From assembly GCA_934132925.1 (NCBI GenBank), contig CAKPAL010000002.1:1-47228 (forward strand): a DNA stretch of 47,228 bases, written 5' to 3'. Under the pieces are notes generated by a model that saw only the letters and a list, made by a program, of their open reading frames with translations, searched no databases and had not been told where the DNA came from. Below, in pieces: positions 1-9,395 of the stretch (its first letter is position 1; each line of letters opens with the position of its first letter). Made by a program: the position numbers and the translations under genes. The stretch comes from an uncultured Bacilli bacterium (lineage in GTDB: Bacteria > Bacillota_I > Bacilli_A > RF39 > UBA660).

Positions 1-463
1 AAAATGTAAACTGGAATTTTGTTAAGTCGGCTTCAAACATATTGGCTACTAAGATACTCATTAGTTGTGATAAAACTGTTCCTAGGGCTAGGCCTACTCC
101 TAAAGAGATGACTCCTATTATAAGAGTTTCAAAGAAAAGTATTAGAGATATTTTTCTTTTGGGCATTCCTAGGGTTAAGTAGATTCCAAATTCTTTGTTT
201 CTTCTTTTTATGAGAAAACGACTGGCATAGATGATTAGAAATCCTAGAATGAATGAGACAAAGACACTTACTCCTCCTAGAATGGTGGTCATTAGTTCTA
301 TTGCTTCATACTTTGATGATGAGACATTTAGCATTACTGTTTGACTATCTATGGCATTGAAGACATAGAAAATGGCTACTCCTAGTACTAGGGTAAAGAA
401 ATAGATGGCATAATCTTTGATACTTTTGGTTATGTTTTTTAGTGACAATTTAAAGAGCATCAT
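1..463 (-). CDS. BceB/FtsX-type ABC transporter permease, N-terminal part (gene runs off the left edge)
   Basis: Own translation of the minus strand from ATG at 463 (ATGATG overlapping the ATPase stop) gives MMLFKLSLKNITKSIKDYAIYFFTLVLGVAIFYVFNAIDSQ... with hydrophobic TM segments. It lies directly downstream of the ABC ATPase, as in BceAB-type modules. Confidence 0.8.
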   Translation of the reverse strand, partial: MMLFKLSLKNITKSIKDYAIYFFTLVLGVAIFYVFNAIDSQTVMLNVSSSKYEAIELMTTILGGVSVFVSFILGFLIIYASRFLIKRRNKEFGIYLTLGMPKRKISLILFFETLIIGVISLGVGLALGTVLSQLMSILVANMFEADLTKFQFTF

Positions 464-1217
464 TTATGTCTCCTCCTAGTAAGGTTACGACATCTATTAT
501 TTTATCAAAGAATTCTTTTCTGGTATCATTTCCTTTACGGATTTCGTTATATATTTTACCATCTTTTATGAAGATTATTCTAGTAGCGTAACTTGCGGCA
601 TAAGCATCATGAGTTACCATTAGAATAGTGGCTCCTAAAGCATTATTTAGGTATGTTAGTTTTTCTAGGAGCATTTTTGATGACTTAGAATCTAGAGCTC
701 CAGTTGGCTCGTCTGCTAGTATTAGGCATGGATTTGTTATTATGGCGCGAGCTGCTGCTACTCTTTGTTTTTGTCCTCCACTCATTTGGTAAGGATATTT
801 TTTTAGTACTGATTCGATATCTAGTTCTTTTGCAACTTTATTTATTCTTTTATCTATTTCTTTGGGACTTACATTTTGAATTGATAAGGCTAGTGCTATA
901 TTTTCATAGGCTGTTAAGGTATCTAATAAATTGAAGTCTTGAAAGATGAAACCTAAGTCTTCTCTTCTAAACTTGTTTAAATCATTTCCTTTTAGTTTTG
1001 TTATGTCAGTTCCTCCTACAAAAATATGTCCGGCGGTTACTTTATCAATTGTGGATATGCAGTTTAGTAATGTTGTTTTACCTGAACCTGAAGAACCCAT
1101 GATAGCGACAAACTCTCCTTTTTCTACTTCAAATGATATGTTATCTATGGCTTTAGTTAAACTTGATTTACTTCCATAGTATTTTTCAATATTTTCTATT
1201 TTTAGTATATTTTCCAT
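450..1217 (-). CDS. ABC transporter ATP-binding protein (BceA/MacB-FtsE type)
   Basis: Walker A GSSGSGKTT, signature MSGGQKQRVAAARA, Walker B LILADEPTGALD, H-loop VTHD. RBS GGAAGGAAAATAAT precedes the ATG. Confidence 0.92.
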   Translation of the reverse strand: MENILKIENIEKYYGSKSSLTKAIDNISFEVEKGEFVAIMGSSGSGKTTLLNCISTIDKVTAGHIFVGGTDITKLKGNDLNKFRREDLGFIFQDFNLLDTLTAYENIALALSIQNVSPKEIDKRINKVAKELDIESVLKKYPYQMSGGQKQRVAAARAIITNPCLILADEPTGALDSKSSKMLLEKLTYLNNALGATILMVTHDAYAASYATRIIFIKDGKIYNEIRKGNDTRKEFFDKIIDVVTLLGGDINDAL

Positions 1218-1291
1218 ATTATTTTCCTTCCTTTCGTAATTAATAATACTAGATAATAGGATATTTGTCGTAATTTTAATATTACAGTATA

Positions 1292-1305
1292 TTACTTTTT
1301 TGTAA
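1292..1305. promoter_or_regulatory. Candidate response-regulator box TTACTT-tt-TTGTAA(GG) upstream of the ABC transporter genes
   Basis: Same geometry as the perfect inverted repeat at 3045-3058. It lies 75-88 nt upstream of the ATPase start. Confidence 0.4.
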
Positions 1306-1307
1306 GG

Positions 1308-2327
1308 TTAGTCTTCTGGGTGATAAAGTTTATTTTTACCAAAGGTTATTTTGACAATGGTATATTCTTTTTCTTCAGATTCTATCTCTATTTTATGACC
1401 TAGTTTGGTACATAATTTTTTGGCTATGTATAGGCCCATGCCTGTTGATTTGATTTTATCTCTGCCATTAGTACCGGTAAAGGATTTTTTGAAAACATTA
1501 GGGATATCACTTTTTGGTATGCCAATACCGTTATCTTTGATGGATAGGACTATTTGATTGTTGTCTTCTTGTGTTTTTATTTGGATATAGGAGTTTGGAA
1601 TATCTTTTTTGTATTTGATACTGTTATTGATAATTTGATTTAAAATGAATTCTAACCATTTGGTATCGGTATAGACTTCAGTATTTTTTATATCGACGAT
1701 TAGGTCAATTTTATTTTCTAAGAAGTCATCTTTATTTTTAAGGGCTACTGATGAGATTATTTTTTCTAGTTTTACTTTTTTGAAGATGAAGTCCTCACTA
1801 GTATAGTTACTTCTTACATAGTAGAGGATTTGATCAATGTAGTTATCTAGTCTTCTTATTTCTTCGATATATTCTTTTGGTACTTGATTTTTATGATTAT
1901 GGGTCATAAGAATTAGACTTGATATTGGTATTTTTACTTCGTGTATCCACATCTCAATATAGTCTTTGAAGTCTTTGGTGCTATTTATGTAGCTACTGAC
2001 ATTTTCAATCATTGATTTATTGATGTCATATAAGGTGTTATATATTAGTTCTTCTTCATAAGTGGTTGGTTTGGGTAATGTTTCTAGGACCAGGTATTTT
2101 TTATCTAGATTTTTGGTATTGGTTATGATGGTGGTATAGAAGGTTCTTTTTTGGAAATATGATATTAAAAGGGCTATGATTAGTGTTAATAGTAGTAATA
2201 CTATGGTTACTATTATTAGTCCCTCTGGTACTTTGAAGGCTATGTCTAATAGGGTTATTAGAATTATTGATATGATAGTAATAATGATTATGGTTATTTT
2301 ATCTTTTAGATAGTTTGTTAATTTCAT
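1308..2327 (-). CDS. Sensor histidine kinase, BceS-like intramembrane-sensing type
   Basis: Two N-terminal TM helices with almost no extracellular loop. H-box region HEVKIPIS, N/G boxes NAIKY-like NSIKY, DNGIGIP, GMGLYIAK. ATGA start/stop overlap with the regulator gene. Confidence 0.88.
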   Translation of the reverse strand: MKLTNYLKDKITIIIITIISIILITLLDIAFKVPEGLIIVTIVLLLLTLIIALLISYFQKRTFYTTIITNTKNLDKKYLVLETLPKPTTYEEELIYNTLYDINKSMIENVSSYINSTKDFKDYIEMWIHEVKIPISSLILMTHNHKNQVPKEYIEEIRRLDNYIDQILYYVRSNYTSEDFIFKKVKLEKIISSVALKNKDDFLENKIDLIVDIKNTEVYTDTKWLEFILNQIINNSIKYKKDIPNSYIQIKTQEDNNQIVLSIKDNGIGIPKSDIPNVFKKSFTGTNGRDKIKSTGMGLYIAKKLCTKLGHKIEIESEEKEYTIVKITFGKNKLYHPED

Positions 2328-2986
2328 AATAGTATATATCCTTGTCCTTTTCTTGTTTCTATGGCATCTGGGTAGCCAAAGCCCTCTAGTTTACTTCTTA
2401 ATCTACTTATATTTACGGTTAGAGCATTATCATTTATGTATTCTTCATTATTCCAAAGTATGGTCATTAGTTCATCTCTTGATACGATTCTATTTTGGTT
2501 ATTTAATAAGTGCTGAAAGATTAGCATTTCATTTTTTGTTAGTTCTAATTCTTTATTACTACCAGATAAGGTACCTCTTGATGGTGATACTTCTAAATCT
2601 TTATATTTTAATACTTCAGTACTATTATCTAATCTTTTAAAAATATTTTGTATTCTTAGTAATAGGATGGTTGGGCTATAGGGCTTTGTTATGTAATCAT
2701 CTGCTCCATAAGAGATGGATAATATTTCATCGGTTTCACTTGCTCTTGAGGTTACCATTATTACAGGAATATTTGATTCTTTTCTTATTTCTTTAAGTAA
2801 CTGCTCACCATTTTGATATGGTATATTTATATCTAAGAGAATTAGGTCTATATTACTTTTTAATATTTCTTCTTTTGCATTTGAGAAGTCTTTTAGTATT
2901 AATGCTTCATAGCCAGCATTTACTAGTAGTTCATATAATTCTTTAGATATAATAGTATCATCTTCAATTATCATTATCTTTTTCAT
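2324..2986 (-). CDS. OmpR-family response regulator (BceR-like)
   Basis: Receiver domain (MIIEDD...LLDINIP...ITKP) plus winged-helix output (LTKNEMLIFQHL...IETRKGQGY). Confidence 0.92.
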   Translation of the reverse strand: MKKIMIIEDDTIISKELYELLVNAGYEALILKDFSNAKEEILKSNIDLILLDINIPYQNGEQLLKEIRKESNIPVIMVTSRASETDEILSISYGADDYITKPYSPTILLLRIQNIFKRLDNSTEVLKYKDLEVSPSRGTLSGSNKELELTKNEMLIFQHLLNNQNRIVSRDELMTILWNNEEYINDNALTVNISRLRSKLEGFGYPDAIETRKGQGYILL

Positions 2987-3044
2987 ATATTATATTCCCT
3001 TCTTTCTATAGTTCTATTATATCATTATTTTAATGTGTTTTATA

Positions 3045-3058
3045 TTACAAGTTTGTAA
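3045..3058. promoter_or_regulatory. Perfect inverted repeat TTACAA-gt-TTGTAA upstream of the regulator/kinase operon (candidate autoregulatory box)
   Basis: Read directly. It overlaps the -35 region relative to a TATAAT at 3016-3021 (minus strand). Confidence 0.45.
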
Positions 3059-3064
3059 GGTATG

Positions 3065-3108
3065 AAAAAAAGACTTAGCACATCATTGTGATGTGGGTAA
3101 GTCTTTTT
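3065..3108 (-). terminator. Rho-independent terminator closing the R-M/helicase operon
   Basis: AAAAAGACTTA...TAAGTCTTTTT outer stem with inner CACATCA/TGATGTG helix. U7 follows on the minus strand. Confidence 0.8.
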
Positions 3109-3178
3109 GACTATATAAAATTATAAAATAATTATTAAAATCTTAATTAATTTATCACATTGTATATAAAGTCGTAAT

Positions 3179-3850
3179 TTACAATTGCCATTCTAAATGT
3201 ATTCTTTTCTTTTCATTTTCTGTTATGGTTATATCATTTTTTTCGAATTTGGATTTAAAATCAAGTCTATCATCATAAAAGAAGTTCAATATAAAATCAA
3301 TAAAATTATATAATGATATTGGACCCATCATCGGAATTCTGCATTCGTCATAGTTACTTAACGTCATGTGAGTTATTGGGTGTATAACATCAATGTGATT
3401 ATCTTCATCATAATCAACTCGTATCATAACTGGTATTCCCATCTCATTATCAAACCAATCTGTTTCAAAATTATTAATATCCATATTAGAAATTTCCTCT
3501 TTTGTCCATAGATAATTATGCTTTTTTATAAAGGTCAATCGTTCTTTAATTATTTTTCCATCTTTGATCATAAAGTCATATTGAATTATGCTTCTATCAT
3601 ACAAAAGTATATTATATTCTTTTCTTTCTAATAAAGTACTCATAATTTTTTCTACTGATAAATGCTTATCATACAAAATATTAGATTCATTTTTTCTTCC
3701 GCTACGTGATATTTCTGAAATATCTTTATTTTCTATGACAGAATATGATTTTGAATCCCTAATCATATTTTTTTCATATAATTCTTTTTGTAAACTATTA
3801 TAGTCTATAGAAAATTTTTTTAAAAAAGTTTTATTACCATCACTTGTCAT
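3179..3850 (-). CDS. Hypothetical protein, translationally coupled partner of the upstream helicase
   Basis: 223-aa ORF whose start overlaps the helicase stop by 11 nt. I could not recognise any motif by eye; DUF2290 should be tested. Confidence 0.7.
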   Translation of the reverse strand: MTSDGNKTFLKKFSIDYNSLQKELYEKNMIRDSKSYSVIENKDISEISRSGRKNESNILYDKHLSVEKIMSTLLERKEYNILLYDRSIIQYDFMIKDGKIIKERLTFIKKHNYLWTKEEISNMDINNFETDWFDNEMGIPVMIRVDYDEDNHIDVIHPITHMTLSNYDECRIPMMGPISLYNFIDFILNFFYDDRLDFKSKFEKNDITITENEKKRIHLEWQL

Positions 3851-5912
3851 CTATAACAAAATCCCTTAGCCTATCTTTATATTTTTCTCCAAATAGTTCT
3901 TTTAAAAGTATTTCCATGTTACTTTGATTTTCATCAATGAATTTTTTTGTATTTGTTAATGCATCGGAATCGTTTTTACTAATATCTTTATTTAATATTA
4001 CCATTTGCTCTCTATCGCTCTCAGTTGGATACTTTTTAAAATATAATTTATAATTGTTTTCTTTAACTTTTTCATACTCATAGCATAGCTTTTCCATTGA
4101 ATTTCCATAACCATAAACTCTTACCCAACCTTTACTACGTGTAATTGCGGTAAAAAGTGCATTTCTATCTTTGGTTATACTTAAGGTCTCTATGCATCGT
4201 TGTGCATTTAATATATATACATAATATGCCTCATTACCTTTAGCCCTGAAAATGGTACTATAAACTATAGAATCATTTCTAAAAAAGTCTTCGGGATTTG
4301 CTGATCCAGCTTGATGGATATTTATTCCTGCATATTTATCTGAATTAGAATTTATTAATAATTGTATTTTTGATAAGTTAGCAGCTGCATTAATACCATC
4401 TAAATCAATAATCATTATATCGCTTGGATTTAAACTGTCTCTTGTAATATTGATTTTTATTGATTCTAGTAATTTAAGATAAACTTGATTTGAATCATCA
4501 AATTTATCTATTTTGATTAAATCACTCGAATCTGCTTTTAAAAAATCCGGGCTAGTTTCTTTATCCCTATACAAAGTAACTGGCCTTCCTTCAATTATAT
4601 TTTCATCGGATTTGTACCCTATACTTTTCCAAACGTCTGTGGAGTTTGGTATTTGTATCATCCCTTCTTCTCTGTACAGCCCCATTCCCAGTGCATGTGC
4701 TGTTACTATAACTCTTAGTTGATTTCTATAACAGGTTATTAACGGAGTATCCTTGCTTATATTAAAACCAAATATTTTTTCTGGTGATTCCATTGATAAT
4801 TCATTTAATCTTTGCAATTCATCATATGCATAAACTAATCTATTTTCATTTCCCAATACCTTACAGCATAATTTTAGAAACGAATCATTAAAATCTTGAG
4901 CCTCATCTATTAATATACAATCATATTGTTTGGTAAATACTTTTCCACTATTTAAAACTTCTTCACATAATAAATCGAATGGCCTGCTGGCAAATGGATA
5001 TTTTTTCTTTGCTTCGTAATATGTGTATGATTTGATTTCCATATTCTTACATATATCGTAGTATAAACCATCCGATGACGATGAACCCCATGCATGCATT
5101 ACTTTTACTTTAGTAAAGTCAGGATGCTTACCGTCATTTCTTGTCATGTAAAACTTATCAATCAAGCTATACAACTGATTTTTTAATGTTCTTGTATAAT
5201 AAGTTACAACTATTGTCCATTCCGGATGTGCAATATGTAATTCTACTGCTTTTCTGGCTAAAATAACAGTCTTACCCGAACCAGCCATGCCTCTAATCCT
5301 TTGTACTCCTATTGGATCCTCCATGATTGCGTTCATTTGACTGCAATCATATTTTTCAATGATATTATTCATTTCATCAATTAACAGAGCTTTTGAGTTT
5401 TCATTAGCATTTATATGGTAATTTTTTCTGTTTAAACCTTGAGCCTCTTGTAAGCCGGATAGAATCATATCAACCTTTTGATTTTCGATTGTTTCCAAAT
5501 TATCATTAATATATTCGTTTATATCATTAAAATTTGTAAATACAGGATAGTCATCAATCTTTTCCGTATTGACCATTGAATATGAGCATACATTTATTGT
5601 AAACGGTAAGTTTCTTTTGTTAACTAAAAAACTGCATCTTTTTAATCTTGATTCGATTTTATTATATAAATCATCTTGGATCTTTCCATAATTTAAAACT
5701 TCTTTATCAATAATGTTTATAATAAAGAAACCATAATTGGATACAACGGCTAAATCACAGATTAATTCCTCTTTAGTATATTCAATAGAATACACTGGAT
5801 AGCCTATGTATGCATCTCCATATACATCTTCTTTTACGTTGAATACATTTATTATATTTTCTATAATATTCTTTTTTTTATTATTTTCTATTTTTCCTGA
5901 AACATTTATCAT
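3840..5912 (-). CDS. SF1 (UvrD/DUF2075-like) helicase with an N-terminal nuclease-related (NERD-like) region
   Basis: Walker A GMAGSGKT, Walker B ILIDEAQDF, motifs TCYRN, FRAKGNEAYYVYI, LFTAITRSKGWVRVYG. Start moved to the ATG at 5912 behind GAGGTGA; the track start is 5933. Confidence 0.85.
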   Translation of the reverse strand: MINVSGKIENNKKKNIIENIINVFNVKEDVYGDAYIGYPVYSIEYTKEELICDLAVVSNYGFFIINIIDKEVLNYGKIQDDLYNKIESRLKRCSFLVNKRNLPFTINVCSYSMVNTEKIDDYPVFTNFNDINEYINDNLETIENQKVDMILSGLQEAQGLNRKNYHINANENSKALLIDEMNNIIEKYDCSQMNAIMEDPIGVQRIRGMAGSGKTVILARKAVELHIAHPEWTIVVTYYTRTLKNQLYSLIDKFYMTRNDGKHPDFTKVKVMHAWGSSSSDGLYYDICKNMEIKSYTYYEAKKKYPFASRPFDLLCEEVLNSGKVFTKQYDCILIDEAQDFNDSFLKLCCKVLGNENRLVYAYDELQRLNELSMESPEKIFGFNISKDTPLITCYRNQLRVIVTAHALGMGLYREEGMIQIPNSTDVWKSIGYKSDENIIEGRPVTLYRDKETSPDFLKADSSDLIKIDKFDDSNQVYLKLLESIKINITRDSLNPSDIMIIDLDGINAAANLSKIQLLINSNSDKYAGINIHQAGSANPEDFFRNDSIVYSTIFRAKGNEAYYVYILNAQRCIETLSITKDRNALFTAITRSKGWVRVYGYGNSMEKLCYEYEKVKENNYKLYFKKYPTESDREQMVILNKDISKNDSDALTNTKKFIDENQSNMEILLKELFGEKYKDRLRDFVIDDK

Positions 5913-5934
5913 AAACTTCACCTCAGAACACATG

Positions 5935-7452
5935 TTATAAATTGCAATTTATTTCGTTTGAAATTTGAAATTTTTCTTGACGTCTAGATAAGAATACCTT
6001 TGTTTTTGGAGTCAATATTTCTTCTGGTAATTCTTTGCTATCAGTACAAAAATCAAAGAAGTTTTTATCTATTTCATTTGCATTCAATTTTACAACAACT
6101 TTTCCAGTATTTGAATCAAAACAATAAAAATTTGAATCAAATAAGCCATGGTGATTACTGCATAACCAAACACCATTATCCCCGGAGTTTGCAAGCATAT
6201 ATTTTTTGTAAAACAATTCTGTTTTATGTTCACTTTCTTGATCTATAAGATCTCTCATTTCTGTATTTGACAGCAAATCATTTATTTCATGAGTACAACA
6301 TTTTTTTATTTCTGCAACGCCCCATAAATGTGCAGCTTCAAGAATACTTTCTATTTCACAACCACATAAATAACACTTGGTTTGTATTCCTTTCTTTCTA
6401 AGATTATTTTTAAATAATTCTTGATTTCTTATAGTTCCTTTTAATTTTGATATTTCATACTGATTAATTTCCCTATTAATTTGTTGTCTCACTTCATCTG
6501 TTGTCTCATACTCTTTATCTAAGCCAATTTTTTTCATTAACTCTATAATGGGATTAGTAAATCCATCTGTAAATTTTGGAACCTCTTGTCCCAATCTAAA
6601 ATTGTATTTTTCTGGAGCAAACATAAATTTTAGTTTTTTATGTTCTTTTTCCGCTAAAATACTTAATGCCCACATCGTTAAAAAACTATCATATCCCTCT
6701 GCTGATAATGTCTTGAATGTATATATATATTCCTGATTTCTTAAATCAATGAAATCTTCTTCTTTTTCTTCATCTGTTTCCTTTTCTATATCATATGAAT
6801 AATCTATGCATTTTACATACGATGGAACGTTACTACTATTTTTGCTTGATATAAAACTCAAATCATTTACGAACTTATTGAATGATATATATTTAATATC
6901 ATCTTTAATTTCGTCAACACTAAATCCCATTTCTATATACTCGTCAAACTTTATTTTTTCAATATTTAGTATATCAAAGCCGATTGTAGCCAATTTACGA
7001 TAAATCATAAGATTAGTTTTATCATGTGGGTGTGTTTTATTTAAATCCAACATATAAAAGTAAAGCTTTATATCTTTATTCTTAGCTTTTTCAGTTAAAT
7101 AATAATCAAATATTTTATTACTTCCCTGTGCAAAATAGGTATTTGCATGATATCCAGTGTGTCCATAATCAAAGTTTGGATTTTCTAGTAACTTATCTTC
7201 ATCGTAACCAGTATTACTTAAACCTACAATATACTTTATAATACCATCTTCGATTATTGTTATTGTTCTTGAACTTTCTTTTTTACTTCTTTGACTTTGC
7301 ACTGTATTACCATCAAGTGAAATGACTTGATAGCTAATATTATTTGAATCTATTGTTAAACCGTTTCTTTTATATGCACTTATCACTACATCTTTATATA
7401 TTTTTTTATATGTCTCTTTATATCCACTATATACTCTAGCTACTATTTCCAT
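5935..7452 (-). CDS. Putative restriction endonuclease with C-terminal HNH nuclease domain
   Basis: CYLCGC...EAAHLWG...WLCSNHHGLFDSNFY (HNH/beta-beta-alpha-Me). It lies 10 nt downstream of the methylase gene and has RBS AGGTGGTG. Confidence 0.75.
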   Translation of the reverse strand: MEIVARVYSGYKETYKKIYKDVVISAYKRNGLTIDSNNISYQVISLDGNTVQSQRSKKESSRTITIIEDGIIKYIVGLSNTGYDEDKLLENPNFDYGHTGYHANTYFAQGSNKIFDYYLTEKAKNKDIKLYFYMLDLNKTHPHDKTNLMIYRKLATIGFDILNIEKIKFDEYIEMGFSVDEIKDDIKYISFNKFVNDLSFISSKNSSNVPSYVKCIDYSYDIEKETDEEKEEDFIDLRNQEYIYTFKTLSAEGYDSFLTMWALSILAEKEHKKLKFMFAPEKYNFRLGQEVPKFTDGFTNPIIELMKKIGLDKEYETTDEVRQQINREINQYEISKLKGTIRNQELFKNNLRKKGIQTKCYLCGCEIESILEAAHLWGVAEIKKCCTHEINDLLSNTEMRDLIDQESEHKTELFYKKYMLANSGDNGVWLCSNHHGLFDSNFYCFDSNTGKVVVKLNANEIDKNFFDFCTDSKELPEEILTPKTKVFLSRRQEKFQISNEINCNL

Positions 7453-7462
7453 AATTCACCAC

Positions 7463-9343
7463 CTAATAATTTATTATTATAATTTCTTGCCTATCTTGAC
7501 GATTTCTTTTTGTTATTTGATTATTTACGATTAATTTATAATTATTGTTTTTAATCCATTCAGTTAATTTTGAATTAATTTTTTCATTTCTATTCTTCAT
7601 ATTGGACAACATAAATTTTATTTCTTTTTTATTCAACCTATCCAGGAAATCAAGAAGTTCTTGTTCTTGATTTTCATCCCACCCGTTGAACCCCCTTTTA
7701 CCATCGTTATAAGCACCACACGATATCAAATATGGCGGATCACAATAAACAAAGTCGTCTTTTGAAATTTCGTTTTCAAATGACTTGTAGTCCATAGACT
7801 TAAAAACTATATTAATTGATTTTGTTCTGTTAGAATAAGAGGTCAATTTTTCAAGCATTTCTTGATTATATCCTGAATTTCCACATGGATTATTAAATTC
7901 TAAATTATTATTAAATCTTATTTGATGTTCAAAGCCATAGCAGATTAACAAATATAAATCAAGTGGATTTCTACTTCCAATTTGGTTTGAGTTATATTTT
8001 TTTCTAAAATTGACATAGGCTTCTTTATTCTTTTTTTCTAAATTATATTTTTTTATTGTCTTTTCAATATAGTTATAAGTTGTTAAAAATTTATCTCTTG
8101 ATATTTTTTCTAAAAGATCCCTTACCATCCAATTTATATCATTATAAATTACTTTTTCACAATTTACATTTATTCCAACGGTACCACCGCCGCCAAACAA
8201 ATCATAAAAAGTATTTATGTTTTTTGGTAAGTTACTTTTTATCAATGGCAATATTTCATATTTACCGCCAATATAATTAAGTGGTGATATGTAATATGGT
8301 TCCTCTTTTTTTTCAATGTAAAATAACCATTCATAATGTCTTTTATTTTTAGTATTTTCCTTTAGTTCACGATTCACAGCTCGAGTATTCTTATATTTTA
8401 CAAAATCTATTTTTTTAAATACATAAGTCCCTTCTTTTGCATACCTCTTCATAACTTTTTCAATAAATTCTTTTGACATTATACCGGCATCACTATAACT
8501 AAATATAATATGTTTAAATTTTGCATTCGCTATCAATTTTTCAAATTCCTCGTGTACGCAACCTTTTCTGCACCACATAGAAATTTGATTTCCATTATCT
8601 CTATGTGCACCTATTCCATGAATTTCTGGATTATCATTTTTTGCAATTGTTTCAAGCACATGATATTGACTTACATATTGAGTTGATGTATATGGCGGAT
8701 CCAAATACAAAATATCACCAGAAATTTTATTTATCAAATCATTAGCATCAAGCATATAAACCTCATTATTATATTTTGGTTCTCCATATGTTTCTAATGG
8801 TATAAATTCCATATTTTTTATAGCCCTAGGATCCCAAATTTTTAAATATGCAGAATAAACTCCTGCTACATTTGACACTTTGCTTGCACTTTCTAATAGA
8901 CTTCCTATTAAATAATATTTTTCATTTTCATCTATCTTTTTCTCATCAAACCATATATCTATAGTATTTCTAATATAATCTATTTTTTTTGCATTTTCAT
9001 CTGAAAAATATTGCCTACCAGAAATTTCTGGAGCAAAATTATTATAACAAAAACCATCTTTATATTTGCTTGTATCAACATTATTAAAGTATTCAAATGG
9101 ATCAAATCCTAATTTTTTAAAGAAAGTTTTTGATTTATATTTTAACTTGCCATTACAAATAGTATATGAAAAATAAAGATTATCATTTGCAATTATTTCA
9201 TATCTGTTTTTGAAATAATCTCCAACTGTACAAGTTCCGGAGAAAAGATCACAAAATATCATCCCTTTTTTGTTAATTTTCTTTGAAATTAAAAACTTAT
9301 CAATAACTTCTAAAAGTTTTGTTTTATTTCCTATATATCTCAT
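7463..9343 (-). CDS. Tandem two-domain N6-adenine DNA methyltransferase (D12/Dam class x2, M.FokI-like architecture)
   Basis: Two complete modules. The first is MRYIGNK...DLFSGTCTVG...YLDPPYTSTQY and the second is LNYIGGK...DLFGGGGTVG...YCDPPYLIS. Confidence 0.9.
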   Translation of the reverse strand: MRYIGNKTKLLEVIDKFLISKKINKKGMIFCDLFSGTCTVGDYFKNRYEIIANDNLYFSYTICNGKLKYKSKTFFKKLGFDPFEYFNNVDTSKYKDGFCYNNFAPEISGRQYFSDENAKKIDYIRNTIDIWFDEKKIDENEKYYLIGSLLESASKVSNVAGVYSAYLKIWDPRAIKNMEFIPLETYGEPKYNNEVYMLDANDLINKISGDILYLDPPYTSTQYVSQYHVLETIAKNDNPEIHGIGAHRDNGNQISMWCRKGCVHEEFEKLIANAKFKHIIFSYSDAGIMSKEFIEKVMKRYAKEGTYVFKKIDFVKYKNTRAVNRELKENTKNKRHYEWLFYIEKKEEPYYISPLNYIGGKYEILPLIKSNLPKNINTFYDLFGGGGTVGINVNCEKVIYNDINWMVRDLLEKISRDKFLTTYNYIEKTIKKYNLEKKNKEAYVNFRKKYNSNQIGSRNPLDLYLLICYGFEHQIRFNNNLEFNNPCGNSGYNQEMLEKLTSYSNRTKSINIVFKSMDYKSFENEISKDDFVYCDPPYLISCGAYNDGKRGFNGWDENQEQELLDFLDRLNKKEIKFMLSNMKNRNEKINSKLTEWIKNNNYKLIVNNQITKRNRQDRQEIIIINY

Positions 9344-9395
9344 GTTTTACCGCCTTCTATTTTATAATAGCATTAATACTAACTGCATATTAATA

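Noticed and set aside
704-1179. Plus-strand ORFs in the track lying antisense to real genes. Examples: 704-934, 946-1179, 2353-2640, 3588-3803, 4513-4722, 6000-7003, 8056-8280, 10087-10293, 10907-11310, 13333-13521, 15787-15999, 17096-17386, 22067-22303, 28394-29902, 33848-34633 (minus strand), 35368-35769, 36560-38441, 40521-41335 and 41611-41853.
   Set aside because: They lie entirely within well-supported genes on the opposite strand, lack an RBS, and translate to low-complexity L/F/I/S-rich strings typical of shadow ORFs in AT-rich DNA.
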